This document shows positions 1 to 9,724 of a stretch of 64,000 bases of DNA, piece after piece. A program made the position numbers and the translations under genes. Below the pieces are notes generated by a model, which worked only from the letters and a program-made list of their open reading frames with translations, did no database searches and had not been told where the DNA came from. The stretch is from positions 1 through 64,000 of the IMG/VR virus record IMGVR_UViG_3300021440_000013, one strand, 5' to 3'. The number at the start of each line of letters is the position of its first letter. The stretch's first letter is position 1.

Positions 1-20
1 TTTTTTTTTTTGCATAGGAA

Positions 21-58
21 AGAGGAGACGGGGCTAAAACCCCGTCTCTCTTGTTTTT
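21..58. terminator. Intrinsic terminator-like hairpin
   Basis: GAGACGGGG-CTAAAA-CCCCGTCTC inverted repeat next to the stop of 57..872(-). Confidence 0.7.
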
Positions 59-872
59 ATAAACCTGGGTCTATTTGGAGTTTGAGAATATCCTCATAGA
101 CTAAGCGATCGTTCATGTTGCCGATTGCCATCCATTCTTCTTTCAGGTAATCCTGATACATCTGTTCCGCGTCACTTAACCCATCGATGTACGATTTCAC
201 AGAACCCAACTCCTGACCTCCTTCAATATAACCTCGGTCAAGTTTGATCAAGAGCTCATTGTAGATGAAGCTCTTGACCGCTAACTCACACAACTTGGCA
301 AAAGCATGCGCATTTCGGATATTGATGTTAGTGAGACGCTCTTCGTGCGTAACGACACAGCGGGCTTGAACGACGCTCGCTGTGATGAGGTGGTTTCGGA
401 TCATGATGGTGTAAGGACCCACCACGATGCCTTCCGCGTTTGATACGATCGGGATGTTGCTTCTCGAGTCCATCGCGCGATGCGCTGCGCTCGTGACGTC
501 GTTGATGGCAGCTGGCGTCGACGGGCTGGTGCCGGGCATATAGCTATTGCAAACGCTGTTATACGCCATGTAGTTGACAGACAAAACCGAGAGGATCGTT
601 CTGAAGTTGATTCGCTGAGGCGGAATCTCAAAGATGTAGTTATACTTATCAAGCATCTTTGGAGTTAGATCCTTCAGATCGACAATGATCGTCTCACCCC
701 CGCAGATGTTCGTATCGACGATCACCCTGGCGTTAATGGTTTTGCGCCGGATCTGTTCATCGAGACTGATCGGTGCTGCATGAGGATTATAGGTGCCGTG
801 GTAGGCAAGCCTCAGGACCTCATAGGGGATCCTGAACTTAATTTCATCGATCGCTTTTGAAATGATATCCAT
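57..872 (-). CDS. Conserved phiKZ-like hypothetical protein (core gene near chimallin)
   Basis: 271-aa ORF, coding-like composition; sits in the chimallin neighbourhood. Confidence 0.6.
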   Translation of the reverse strand: MDIISKAIDEIKFRIPYEVLRLAYHGTYNPHAAPISLDEQIRRKTINARVIVDTNICGGETIIVDLKDLTPKMLDKYNYIFEIPPQRINFRTILSVLSVNYMAYNSVCNSYMPGTSPSTPAAINDVTSAAHRAMDSRSNIPIVSNAEGIVVGPYTIMIRNHLITASVVQARCVVTHEERLTNINIRNAHAFAKLCELAVKSFIYNELLIKLDRGYIEGGQELGSVKSYIDGLSDAEQMYQDYLKEEWMAIGNMNDRLVYEDILKLQIDPGL

Positions 873-886
873 GGTTTGAAATACCT

Positions 887-1966
887 CTAAAGGTCGGGTT
901 GTACATGACGCGTGAAGAAATTCACTTCGTCAAAGAGTTCGATGGGGAGCCGCTGCTTAAAAACGTTGTCCGATCTAAAGCGTTTGAGTTCGATCTTAAG
1001 TTGACCGATCGCTGCTTGGTTAAAATGGCGACCTCGCTCACCCGCCACATCCCATAAAAACATCATGGTTTTGATTCGAGCGATATAAAGCGCCCACCAG
1101 ACTTGAACCGTTTCAGCGATATCAGGCATCCTAAAAGGCTTGTCGCTAAAAATACGTGGAATCTGATTTAGGATCACCCCGTACTCTGTCTGTGCGTTAG
1201 AGATGCGTTTAAGCACCTCTGTGAGGACTTTATCCAAGTTGAGCGTATAATCGCTCACTTGGAAAGGATGGCGTTTAACACTATCACCCATAGGCGCGCC
1301 ATAATACAAATTCATCAAACGATTCACCAGCACGATGTCGGTCTGACTCTTCAACATATTTGGGATGACATAACGTGCCACAAACTGACCAACGCTTGCG
1401 ATGGGATGACTGGGGTTTAACAATGCTCGATTCTTTTGATCAAAATAAAAAGCACGATACTGCACCATCAGTTTCGGAATATCGATCTCAATGAAAGCAT
1501 AACCGTGCTCTGTGTTGTGAGGATGTCCGCTTGGAAGCATGTATTTCATGTTGGATACCGGATGGTCAAGCACCCGCACCGCTTCCACATTCCGCCAGTC
1601 TTTCACGATCTCACGCGGATCACTGTCGTCCGTGATCCCAAAGATGATCTCTTTGGATCCATGGTAGAACACCCCATCAAACCATTTGCCGCGACTCACC
1701 GAGGATGTGAGTTCAAAAAGTGTCGCTACCTGTAGGGCTCTGAGTGAAGCGACATCGTAATATTGTTCAAGTGGATACCCGAGTGGTACACTAACAGTGT
1801 TGATGAGTCTGACAAGGAGATGGTCATTCTTCACAGAGAATGCACCATCTCGGTAGTAATCAATAACACGGGTGACATCCTCGACAGTTCGCGCTTCAAC
1901 GTTATTAAAGCCCGCTGGTACGATGTAACTTCCGTATGCCTTAGTTTGGTTAAATAGACCGTACAT
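887..1966 (-). CDS. Conserved phiKZ-like hypothetical protein (possibly gp52-like), divergent from chmA
   Basis: ORF track gives 887..1990; the ATG at 1966 (MYGLFNQ) is the likelier start; divergent position next to chimallin. Confidence 0.55.
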   Translation of the reverse strand: MYGLFNQTKAYGSYIVPAGFNNVEARTVEDVTRVIDYYRDGAFSVKNDHLLVRLINTVSVPLGYPLEQYYDVASLRALQVATLFELTSSVSRGKWFDGVFYHGSKEIIFGITDDSDPREIVKDWRNVEAVRVLDHPVSNMKYMLPSGHPHNTEHGYAFIEIDIPKLMVQYRAFYFDQKNRALLNPSHPIASVGQFVARYVIPNMLKSQTDIVLVNRLMNLYYGAPMGDSVKRHPFQVSDYTLNLDKVLTEVLKRISNAQTEYGVILNQIPRIFSDKPFRMPDIAETVQVWWALYIARIKTMMFLWDVAGERGRHFNQAAIGQLKIELKRFRSDNVFKQRLPIELFDEVNFFTRHVQPDL

Positions 1967-2116
1967 AGATCGAAGCCCTTTAAAAGTCACTAGATCTGGT
2001 CAAGATAAAAGTAAGGTAAAAAAAGTTTCTCAAATATACATATAAGTTGGAACCTAATTACCTTGCGTTTATAGACGCATGGGACGTAACGTTCTATGTG
2101 CGTAAATATGGCAATC

Positions 2117-2160
2117 ATCCTGTTTCTAAAAAAAGATTGGCCATGTACATATTACTTGAC
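2117..2160 (+). promoter_or_regulatory. Putative early (virion RNAP) promoter of chmA
   Basis: ATCCTGTTTCTAAA...CCATGTACATATTACTTGAC; resembles the phiKZ early TATATTAC motif and recurs at 35221 and 37923. Confidence 0.6.
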
Positions 2161-2269
2161 ACCTGATGTTATAAGTGTCGCTAGCGATCCTTGAGCCATA
2201 GTTCCGTGGTTTAAGATAAACGATAATGAGGTTGTGCACAAACCTCAAACTTTTTAAATGGAGTAACAT

Positions 2270-4126
2270 ATGGCCACCAACTTCATCAACCCGAATGCCA
2301 ACCAAACCGCCGAAGGTGCTGAAAAGCAACCCGCTCAGCGCACCTGGTCTTTCCACAGCTCCAACCTCCTAGGTTCGCCCGTGGCAGCCGGCGTGGGTGG
2401 TGAGTATCTCCAGAAGTTCCGCCAGACGCTGGCTGAGATCTATAAAGAGATCGTCCCTGGCGTTGAAGTTCAGATGCTGACCCTGAACCGGCAGAACACC
2501 CCGGCACTGCGTTTCTCCGCGATCATCATCGCGTGCCGTATCCCCGAAGTCAGTGTGAACCACGTCGCGTTTCATACGCTGATTCTGGAGGCTACCGGTG
2601 AGCGCCTCCAGCCGGTGATGCGTAACATCGATAACCAGCAAGTCCGGGTAAACCTGGTGACGCCCGACGCGTTCGACGAGGTCCTGCGTAAGATCGCCTA
2701 CGACGCAGTCTCTGAAACGTACCCTGGCGCACCGGTGGTTGTGGCTGAAGGTATGGTGGTTCCGGCTTCCATCGTCCCGAGCAACAAAGATACGATCGAG
2801 AACATCGCCCGTAACGCCGCGATGGCGTGCTTCTCGGAGCTCTCGGTACAGACCAACAACTTTGGTCAACTGAACCTGGCTTACATGGAAAAAGATGTTC
2901 GATTCACCATCGACGTCTCTTTCGGTAACCATCAGGTGACCGATTTCACCGGTATGCCCCAGCGTGCTTCGGTGCTGATTGGCTTTAACAGCCAAAAGAA
3001 GATCGCGGGTCAACAAGGCTGGGGTGTCGAAACGATCAACATCCCGGATTCGGTGTCGCGTATTTGCGAACTGGGCGGTTTCCTTAACCCGATCTGGGCA
3101 CCGGTGGCTCAACAGAACGCCTATGGCCTGGGTTACGGTAACTACATGCAGCCGCAGCAAATCCAACCCACGCAAAAGTTCGCGGCGGAGTTCGTGATTA
3201 CCAGCGTGCGCAGCGACCATGCAACGAGCCCGGCTGCCGTTCTGCTGGCGCTCTCGTCATTCCTCTCCATCGTTGACAACGACACTTGGATCCAAGGTTT
3301 CTTGCCGCGTGGTGGCCAGCGTGATCGCAACCAGATCGATATCACGGATATCGGTGCCCTCAACATCACGGCCAATTTGGCTAACGAAAAGGACCAAGGT
3401 GATTTCGGTACGCCGATCGACACGGCTCCGATGCGCAGTGACCTGCGTGAAGCCAACAAGTATCTGGTCTCGCTGTTCCAGCCGGGTGTAGTGGTGTCGA
3501 TGGACTGCCCGGAAGTGGGTCCGTCTTCGTGGTACATGACGCCCTTCGCGCTGGCTTCGATGGGGATCGGTGACAATGCTGACCGTATCTACAACGCCGC
3601 GATGGAGCTGACCAACGGTAACTTCGGTAAATACTTCGATCGTAAGACCCGGATGTTCAGCAACAGCCAACGTGTTCCGCTGGGTTATTACACCGTCGGT
3701 GATAAGCAGTTCGATATCCGCAGTATCGATTACGTGGCCATCTGCAATCAGTTCCGCAATAACCCGCAGATGATCCATGAGTACAGCAACACCTTCGTGC
3801 CGCGTCAAGGTGTCTCCCCGGCGCGTAACCTCGCGATCCGTGAAGGCATCATTATGCAGGCTCTCAACGAGCAGGCAGTCATCACCGGCTATGCTTCTCG
3901 TGTGACCTTCAGTCGTGAATTTGTTGAAGCGCTCTCGATGGCCATGTCAGATTGCAAGCTTCCCGTGACCGTCAACACCCCGCTCAATGCAGACCAACTG
4001 CGCTCGGGCGTGGCTGCGCCTGACTTCATCAGTGGTTCTCTGGCCCGTGGCACCCATACCTTCAACAGCGGTTATGGTGGTCAGCGTGTTCAGACCAACT
4101 ACACGGGCAATGCGTTCCGTCGTTAA
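2270..4126 (+). CDS. chmA: Chimallin (phage nuclear shell protein)
   Basis: 618 aa; segments align by eye with recalled 201phi2-1 gp105 (VITSVR..WIQGFLP..DIGAL; LGYY..D.R.ID; TGYASRVTFSREFVEAL); SD GGAG, strong codon bias, downstream terminator. Confidence 0.9.
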   Translation: MATNFINPNANQTAEGAEKQPAQRTWSFHSSNLLGSPVAAGVGGEYLQKFRQTLAEIYKEIVPGVEVQMLTLNRQNTPALRFSAIIIACRIPEVSVNHVAFHTLILEATGERLQPVMRNIDNQQVRVNLVTPDAFDEVLRKIAYDAVSETYPGAPVVVAEGMVVPASIVPSNKDTIENIARNAAMACFSELSVQTNNFGQLNLAYMEKDVRFTIDVSFGNHQVTDFTGMPQRASVLIGFNSQKKIAGQQGWGVETINIPDSVSRICELGGFLNPIWAPVAQQNAYGLGYGNYMQPQQIQPTQKFAAEFVITSVRSDHATSPAAVLLALSSFLSIVDNDTWIQGFLPRGGQRDRNQIDITDIGALNITANLANEKDQGDFGTPIDTAPMRSDLREANKYLVSLFQPGVVVSMDCPEVGPSSWYMTPFALASMGIGDNADRIYNAAMELTNGNFGKYFDRKTRMFSNSQRVPLGYYTVGDKQFDIRSIDYVAICNQFRNNPQMIHEYSNTFVPRQGVSPARNLAIREGIIMQALNEQAVITGYASRVTFSREFVEALSMAMSDCKLPVTVNTPLNADQLRSGVAAPDFISGSLARGTHTFNSGYGGQRVQTNYTGNAFRR

Positions 4127-4148
4127 TCGCAAGCGGTAAGCCTTAAAC

Positions 4149-4190
4149 TAGGTGGAGGGGTCAAACCCTCCACCTATTCTTTTTTCTTTT
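4149..4190 (+). terminator. Intrinsic terminator after chmA
   Basis: TAGGTGGAGGG-GTCAAA-CCCTCCACCTA followed by a T tract. Confidence 0.85.
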
Positions 4191-5004
4191 GAAGGTATTT
4201 AAAGTGGATATAAAGGAACTTGAAAAGCTCGTCAAAAGGATCACAAAGCCCGCCTGGATCCAAGAGACATTTAAAACCACCGACCAAGACGGTAAACTCA
4301 CCGTTTATTTAAAAAGCCCAGAACATATCCCTAAAAGCACCACAGTTAAGAATCTGTTTTCCTCATTCAGGAAAACAGAAGATCCTTTTCCGAGGATCGC
4401 GTGCTTTTGTATCACCGCCATGGTTGAGGAAAAAAAGCAAACGGTCTTTATTAGCTACTTTAGAGTCGCGCTAGGGACAGGTACCGCGACCTATCAGTTG
4501 CGTTCAATCTGGGTAGCGGAACCCAATCACCGCTTTATTAATTTGACGCACTTTAAAGACGGTGATGTGATCATCACTGTGGCAACATTGTCGAGTCAGT
4601 CGCCGCTCGGTTACATTCAGGCTAAGCTTGATCAGGAGGGCGCCTACACGGATTCCTTATACACCCCTGAGTCCATGGTCAGCTCTGAAAAAGAATCGCT
4701 CCTAGAGGCTGCTAAACCACTTAGTTTCGGTGAATCTTTACTCGCCCTAGAAGAGTACACCCTGGAAGAGCTTGAAATCCTAGAAGCCCGCATCCAATGT
4801 CTTCGGAAAAAGAAAGAAGTGCAGAATTTGGCCAACGAGCTCCTGAATGCACTTAACAAAATCGACAACGAACCACTTAAGTACATCGCCAAGATGATCC
4901 CTGAGGGGTTGAAGATGGTCGACATCGGTGAAGCACCTTCTGTAATCGATACACAACTTAACGCTATTCGGCGGCTTATTGCCACTTTCAAAGAGCTATT
5001 TTAA
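4189..5004 (+). CDS. Hypothetical protein
   Basis: 271-aa ORF with TTG start, C-terminal coiled-coil-like segment. Confidence 0.55.
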   Translation: MKVFKVDIKELEKLVKRITKPAWIQETFKTTDQDGKLTVYLKSPEHIPKSTTVKNLFSSFRKTEDPFPRIACFCITAMVEEKKQTVFISYFRVALGTGTATYQLRSIWVAEPNHRFINLTHFKDGDVIITVATLSSQSPLGYIQAKLDQEGAYTDSLYTPESMVSSEKESLLEAAKPLSFGESLLALEEYTLEELEILEARIQCLRKKKEVQNLANELLNALNKIDNEPLKYIAKMIPEGLKMVDIGEAPSVIDTQLNAIRRLIATFKELF

Positions 5005-5013
5005 ACGTTGATG

Positions 5014-5046
5014 CGTTAAGAGAGGGGTTTGGCCCCTCTCTTAACG
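5014..5046. terminator. Bidirectional terminator hairpin
   Basis: CGTTAAGAGAGGGG-TTTGG-CCCCTCTCTTAACG between convergent genes. Confidence 0.8.
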
Positions 5047-5060
5047 GTTAGTATCTACAC

Positions 5061-6590
5061 TTAGAACAGACTGTCAGAGCCGCCTTGATAACCACTGCCT
5101 CCACGCGGAATTTTACGAAGCGGGCGATAGTTCTCTATATGGAGGTTACTCGGGATCGGCATCTTAGAGGGCGGGAAGGGCAAGAAGAAAGAGCGCGCTG
5201 ATCCTTCAACCGGTGTCGGGAAGCGGTGCTTATCGAGTACGACATGAAGGTAATCACCATTCTCTGTCTCGACCTTGTGGATGAGTAGGCCGATGTCGTA
5301 GATCCGATCAAGACCTTTGGTCTTCTCGAAGTAGCCACCCCCTTTAATGGTATTGAGGAATTGCTCATGCGGCACCCCTTGCAAGAGCCGTTTAGCATCG
5401 GTCGAGAGTTGATGCGGAGTGATGAAAAGAATGTTATTGGCTGCTGAGAACGCCCGGATGCGTGAAAGCATATCCATGACATCGTCACCCATGCTACCCT
5501 GGTTGCAGCCCGTAGTCGGAAGCTTCGAGAGATAATCCACCTCCAAGACTTCGATTGAATAACCCATCGATTCAAGCTCAACCACGCGGTTGATCAATGA
5601 TTGATAGGTCCAACTGGTGGGATTCACCTCATCCATCAGGATGTGGTAGCCATTGACCTGTAGGCACTGCTTAACATAGGAGATCATTTCGTCGACCGTT
5701 ACTTTCTTAACGTCGACGAAAATACCCGTTTCCTGGTATTTAAAGAGCTGATACAAAAACTGTGCGTTATTACGGAGCGGATCTTCGAAGGTCACCCGGT
5801 AGAGCAGCGGCTTTTTCTTCGGATCTTTGGTTTTGGGTTTGTTGAAAAGTGCGATGTGGGCAAACAGGGACAAAGCGAAGCCGGTCTTGTAGTTGTGTTG
5901 AAGTGCGCCAATGACCACGGTGTCACCTGGACGAGGACCCCCCTGAAGCGCTTGGTTGAGTTCTTTCCAACCCGTCGTAAACGCCAAGCCTTCTGAGTTC
6001 GACGCTGCCACCGTGTTGAAGATTTCTCGCATGGAGGTGTCGTCACCGATATCGAGACTGCTGGTGATAGCGGGGTCTTTGGCTACGGCTTTACTTGAAG
6101 TCACTTCGAGCTCCAGGATAATGTTACGAATGTACTCACCCATGTCAGAAATGGTGTGGCGTTTAAAGTTGATGTCGGCGTGTGCCCGCGCAACGATCTC
6201 GGCTAAGCGCAGCTCTCTAAAGTAGTTGAGAAGCGTTTTTCGAAGCGTGGTGATGGTGCGTTTAAGGGTGGGTGGATTCAGTTCACCTTCGAGACCTTGA
6301 GAGATCGCTGTGTAGAGATTGAGATCTCCGTTAGTGATAATCCGAATCTGTTGAAGCAGCTCGAGTAGATCGTACTCGTGACCGATTCGGTTATTACCCA
6401 TCTCGAGCGCAAGCTTACGAAGCTCAAGCGATGTGTCACGACGGGTCGGGATACCGATCACTTTGTCGTTGATCTTGACTTTCTCAAGAATAGTTTTCAC
6501 GAGACCGGAGCTATTCTCGGTCGCGTTTTCAAGTTGCGACTCACGGAACAAAAGCGTGATGCATTTAGAGAGTAGGAGATTGACTTCCAT
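5061..6590 (-). CDS. dnaB: DnaB-like replicative helicase (phiKZ gp118-like)
   Basis: TTGWKELNQAL..GDTVVIGALQHNYKTGF variant Walker A, VDYL Walker B, HQLS, KHR arginine finger. Confidence 0.88.
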   Translation of the reverse strand: MEVNLLLSKCITLLFRESQLENATENSSGLVKTILEKVKINDKVIGIPTRRDTSLELRKLALEMGNNRIGHEYDLLELLQQIRIITNGDLNLYTAISQGLEGELNPPTLKRTITTLRKTLLNYFRELRLAEIVARAHADINFKRHTISDMGEYIRNIILELEVTSSKAVAKDPAITSSLDIGDDTSMREIFNTVAASNSEGLAFTTGWKELNQALQGGPRPGDTVVIGALQHNYKTGFALSLFAHIALFNKPKTKDPKKKPLLYRVTFEDPLRNNAQFLYQLFKYQETGIFVDVKKVTVDEMISYVKQCLQVNGYHILMDEVNPTSWTYQSLINRVVELESMGYSIEVLEVDYLSKLPTTGCNQGSMGDDVMDMLSRIRAFSAANNILFITPHQLSTDAKRLLQGVPHEQFLNTIKGGGYFEKTKGLDRIYDIGLLIHKVETENGDYLHVVLDKHRFPTPVEGSARSFFLPFPPSKMPIPSNLHIENYRPLRKIPRGGSGYQGGSDSLF

Positions 6591-6735
6591 GGTTTAATGA
6601 GTCCGTTTGGCTGTTATTCAAGTTATACGTGGGTCAGGATCGTGGTCTAAAAGATTTAGAGTCATACGAATTTTAAATTCCTTCTCGTTAGGCATCGGTC
6701 ATAAATCTCTTCTCTTTAGTAAAGGATATCGAGAC

Positions 6736-7389
6736 ATGTACTTCGAAACCACTGCGGATACTTCCGTACTCAATTACACACATCCGAGTTATTTTGTGAT
6801 ACCCGGTTGGATCTTTGACGCTTTTACGCGTCGCTTCAGTCTTTCTGAGATCCACGAATATGGGAAGCTGCGTCAAGTAGCCTCCATTCAAGATGTCGCA
6901 CAACTCGAGATCTATGTGACCGCCCTCTTTAATAAAGGCGGTCTGGGAGATATAGATTGCTATGAATTGTCTTCTTTGATCTTTGGGTCTCATTCACGCA
7001 TCGATAACGTGGATCTGCCTAAGGTGACTGAGGAAGAACGCATCGAAATCCAGTCAACACTTAAACTGCTTCTTAAATCTGAGGCAGCGCGTCACGAAGC
7101 CCTTAACAGGCTTCGTAATGTGGAGCGAGGTGAAGAAGGTTGTCTTATCGCCAGCTTAGGTTTTCCTCAATCCAGTGAGAGTGCTGATCAAGTCCCTTAC
7201 CGTATCATTACGCGTGAGGATTGCTTGTATATCATTGTGGAGGAAGGCTTTCTCTCGCATTTTGAGGGTAAAGCCGCGCGGCTTGCCTTCCTTACCCAGG
7301 TCTTGAAAGCGGCTTATGCGATTTACCCGCTGGAAGTAGTGAATCGCAGTGTGTGGTACTCCCACTATGTTCAAGCGCTTCGGCCTTGA
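6736..7389 (+). CDS. Hypothetical protein upstream of capsid gene (gp119-like position)
   Basis: ATG 6736 with AAGGA SD within ORF 6607..7389; lies between helicase and MCP. Confidence 0.6.
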   Translation: MYFETTADTSVLNYTHPSYFVIPGWIFDAFTRRFSLSEIHEYGKLRQVASIQDVAQLEIYVTALFNKGGLGDIDCYELSSLIFGSHSRIDNVDLPKVTEEERIEIQSTLKLLLKSEAARHEALNRLRNVERGEEGCLIASLGFPQSSESADQVPYRIITREDCLYIIVEEGFLSHFEGKAARLAFLTQVLKAAYAIYPLEVVNRSVWYSHYVQALRP

Positions 7390-7435
7390 AACTCGTTTTA
7401 AACTTTGCAAAGTTCAACACAAGAGGTAATTCCCT

Positions 7436-9607
7436 ATGAGTATCAAATCCAACTCCCTTCGGGGCGGCCAAGTTCATTCGAGCTCCCAAGATGCTCGTTT
7501 CCTGGGTGAACTGAACGCCGCACTGCTTGACAGCGCTCCGGTTCCGGGCAACATCAGCCGTCGCCTCTTCGCTACCGAAGCGATCAGCGAAACCGACATG
7601 ATCCAGATCGACAGCGCCGCTTCGAACCTGGAAGCCACCCTGCGCTCTGTTTCTGGCAAGCTCAACCTGAATATCGCCGGCAATTCCATCTGGGTGGCCG
7701 AACAAGCTGCTGTTCAAGGTGGTCTTCTGGCCAGCGATCCGGCCGCTTTTGCTGGCCGTTCTTCCGACTTCCCGCAGCACAGCACCGCTGACAAGTTCGT
7801 GATCGGTGCTTCCGGTGATCCCGGCTATGTGGGCAAGCGCTCCACCGTCTTCGCAACCGAAGCGTTTGACAACCGTGAAACGCGTAACGCCGTACTGTAC
7901 ACGATGGCGTACAACTACTCGGTGGCGCGTCAAGATGAATTCGGCGAAACCGTGTGGCCGACCCTGACTCTGCCGGCTGACCAAGTGGGTTTTGGCATCG
8001 TCGTGAACCGTCTGACCATCCATCGTGGTGTGACCCATACCGTGGACGGTAAGATCGTTGACTTCAACAAGAAGGATCTGATGCGCGCTGAAGCGGATCA
8101 CACCATCCTGCTGAAAGACAAAACCCGCATCTACCCGGTGGTGCGTCCGGCAGCGATCAATAAGTTCGTTGATGCGGCCCTGATCGCCCCTTACGCCTAC
8201 GACAACGAAGGCGTTGTGATCAACACCGCTCCGTACCGTGTAGGTGAAGAAATCGGCATCGTCGGTATCTCCCAGACCGACGCTCAGCTTGATGCTGGCT
8301 CGGCCAACCAGACCGACACCGTGGATCCGGCCATCTCGCTGGAAAACCTCTACGTCAAGATCGGTAATGATATCATCACCTTCCCGGTCTACAGCCAGCC
8401 GACGGCAAACTTCACCTACGCACCCCAGGGTCTGGACAAGCTGCGTGTGCTGAACTTCCGCAGCAAGGCCGTCTCGATCTCCAACAAGACCAAGCAGTTC
8501 AACGGCGCCGCACTGGTGGCTCTGGCTGACGTTGTGACCAACAACTACACCGTTGTGGTTGAACTGGTTGCTACCGGCGAAGCCAACACCGAGTTCGGTT
8601 CGGTCGTGGTCTATGGTAACAAGGTTGCCATCGTCAAGGTGCAGGATGCTGACGGCAAGCTCATCGCTGACAGCAACCCCGTGGTCCAAGATGTGCGTGC
8701 CGCTTTCTCTGGCGCTCAGATCATCGGCTATGACCTGCGTGCTTACAAGACCAACATCAACATGCGTGAGCGTGGTGATTTCATCGATCGCACCCACTTC
8801 ACCCAGCTGTATGAAGTGCCCCTGCTCTCCCCGATCACGGCTCAGCGTCCGCAGAACACCGACGGCCAACTGGACGCTGGAGACTTCGAAGCCCTGGTTA
8901 CCGCCACCCGTTTCCGTCTGAAGAACGATGCCGTTACCGCAATCTTCGAATGCTCCAAGCGTCTGCAAGAGCATATCGAAGGGGGTTCGGCAGGTGAAGA
9001 AATTCCGGCAGCCATCGGTGCCGCACGTTACCATGTTCGCCCGACCTTCTACGCACCGGCGCCGTACGACGTCACCGCCATCGTTCAGAGCCTGAACAGC
9101 TCCGATCTGGCCTCCGATCTTCAGTCCGCTATCGTGAACATCGTGCGTGACCTGGCTTTCCGCATGTACGTACATTCGGAATATCAGGCTGCTGCTTCCG
9201 CACTGGGTCAAGTCGGTAACCCGACGGTGACGATCGCAACCGATCCGATCCTGCATCGTTACCTGATGATCAATGGCGATCTGCGCACCCTGACCGAAAA
9301 GTTCAGTGTTCGCATCGTCTCGACCCTGGACCGCCGTTTCACCGGCAAGATGTTCATCACCTTCGGTGTGTTCGACGAGAACCGTAACCAAGCGCCGAAC
9401 CTGCTCAACTGGGGCAACCTGGTGTATGCGCCGGAAGTCGTGATGACCGCCTCGGTGCCACGTGGTGAATCGCTGTCGCGCGAAACCATCGTGCAGCCGC
9501 GCTACAAGTTCGTCAACCATCTGCCGATCGCCGCCATGCTCTCGTTCGTGAACGTGCCGGATCTGTTCGCTGACGGTCAAGCGTTCATCACCACCGTTAA
9601 GCCGTAA
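7436..9607 (+). CDS. Major capsid protein (phiKZ gp120-like)
   Basis: 723 aa; ATE maturation sites (FATEAF), ARQDEFGET, N.RERG, LNWGN..PE and VQPRY motifs; SD GAGG; extreme codon bias. Confidence 0.9.
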   Translation: MSIKSNSLRGGQVHSSSQDARFLGELNAALLDSAPVPGNISRRLFATEAISETDMIQIDSAASNLEATLRSVSGKLNLNIAGNSIWVAEQAAVQGGLLASDPAAFAGRSSDFPQHSTADKFVIGASGDPGYVGKRSTVFATEAFDNRETRNAVLYTMAYNYSVARQDEFGETVWPTLTLPADQVGFGIVVNRLTIHRGVTHTVDGKIVDFNKKDLMRAEADHTILLKDKTRIYPVVRPAAINKFVDAALIAPYAYDNEGVVINTAPYRVGEEIGIVGISQTDAQLDAGSANQTDTVDPAISLENLYVKIGNDIITFPVYSQPTANFTYAPQGLDKLRVLNFRSKAVSISNKTKQFNGAALVALADVVTNNYTVVVELVATGEANTEFGSVVVYGNKVAIVKVQDADGKLIADSNPVVQDVRAAFSGAQIIGYDLRAYKTNINMRERGDFIDRTHFTQLYEVPLLSPITAQRPQNTDGQLDAGDFEALVTATRFRLKNDAVTAIFECSKRLQEHIEGGSAGEEIPAAIGAARYHVRPTFYAPAPYDVTAIVQSLNSSDLASDLQSAIVNIVRDLAFRMYVHSEYQAAASALGQVGNPTVTIATDPILHRYLMINGDLRTLTEKFSVRIVSTLDRRFTGKMFITFGVFDENRNQAPNLLNWGNLVYAPEVVMTASVPRGESLSRETIVQPRYKFVNHLPIAAMLSFVNVPDLFADGQAFITTVKP

Positions 9608-9640
9608 CCAAGTAACACCGCCACACGACGTGTCAAACCA

Positions 9641-9674
9641 CACCACCCAGTCCGTAAAGGCTGGGTGGTGTTTT
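9641..9674 (+). terminator. Intrinsic terminator after MCP
   Basis: CACCACCCAG-loop-CTGGGTGGTG TTTT. Confidence 0.85.
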
Positions 9675-9724
9675 AATCACTTCTTAAGATCGAATGACAC
9701 GGCCCCTTAGGTAGGAGAAAGAAA

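Noticed and set aside
7292-9646. 784-aa antisense ORF opposite the capsid gene (also 2369..3220, 33696..34547, 35181..36269)
   Set aside because: Explained by codon bias of highly expressed sense genes lacking TTA/CTA/TCA; no SD or protein-like features
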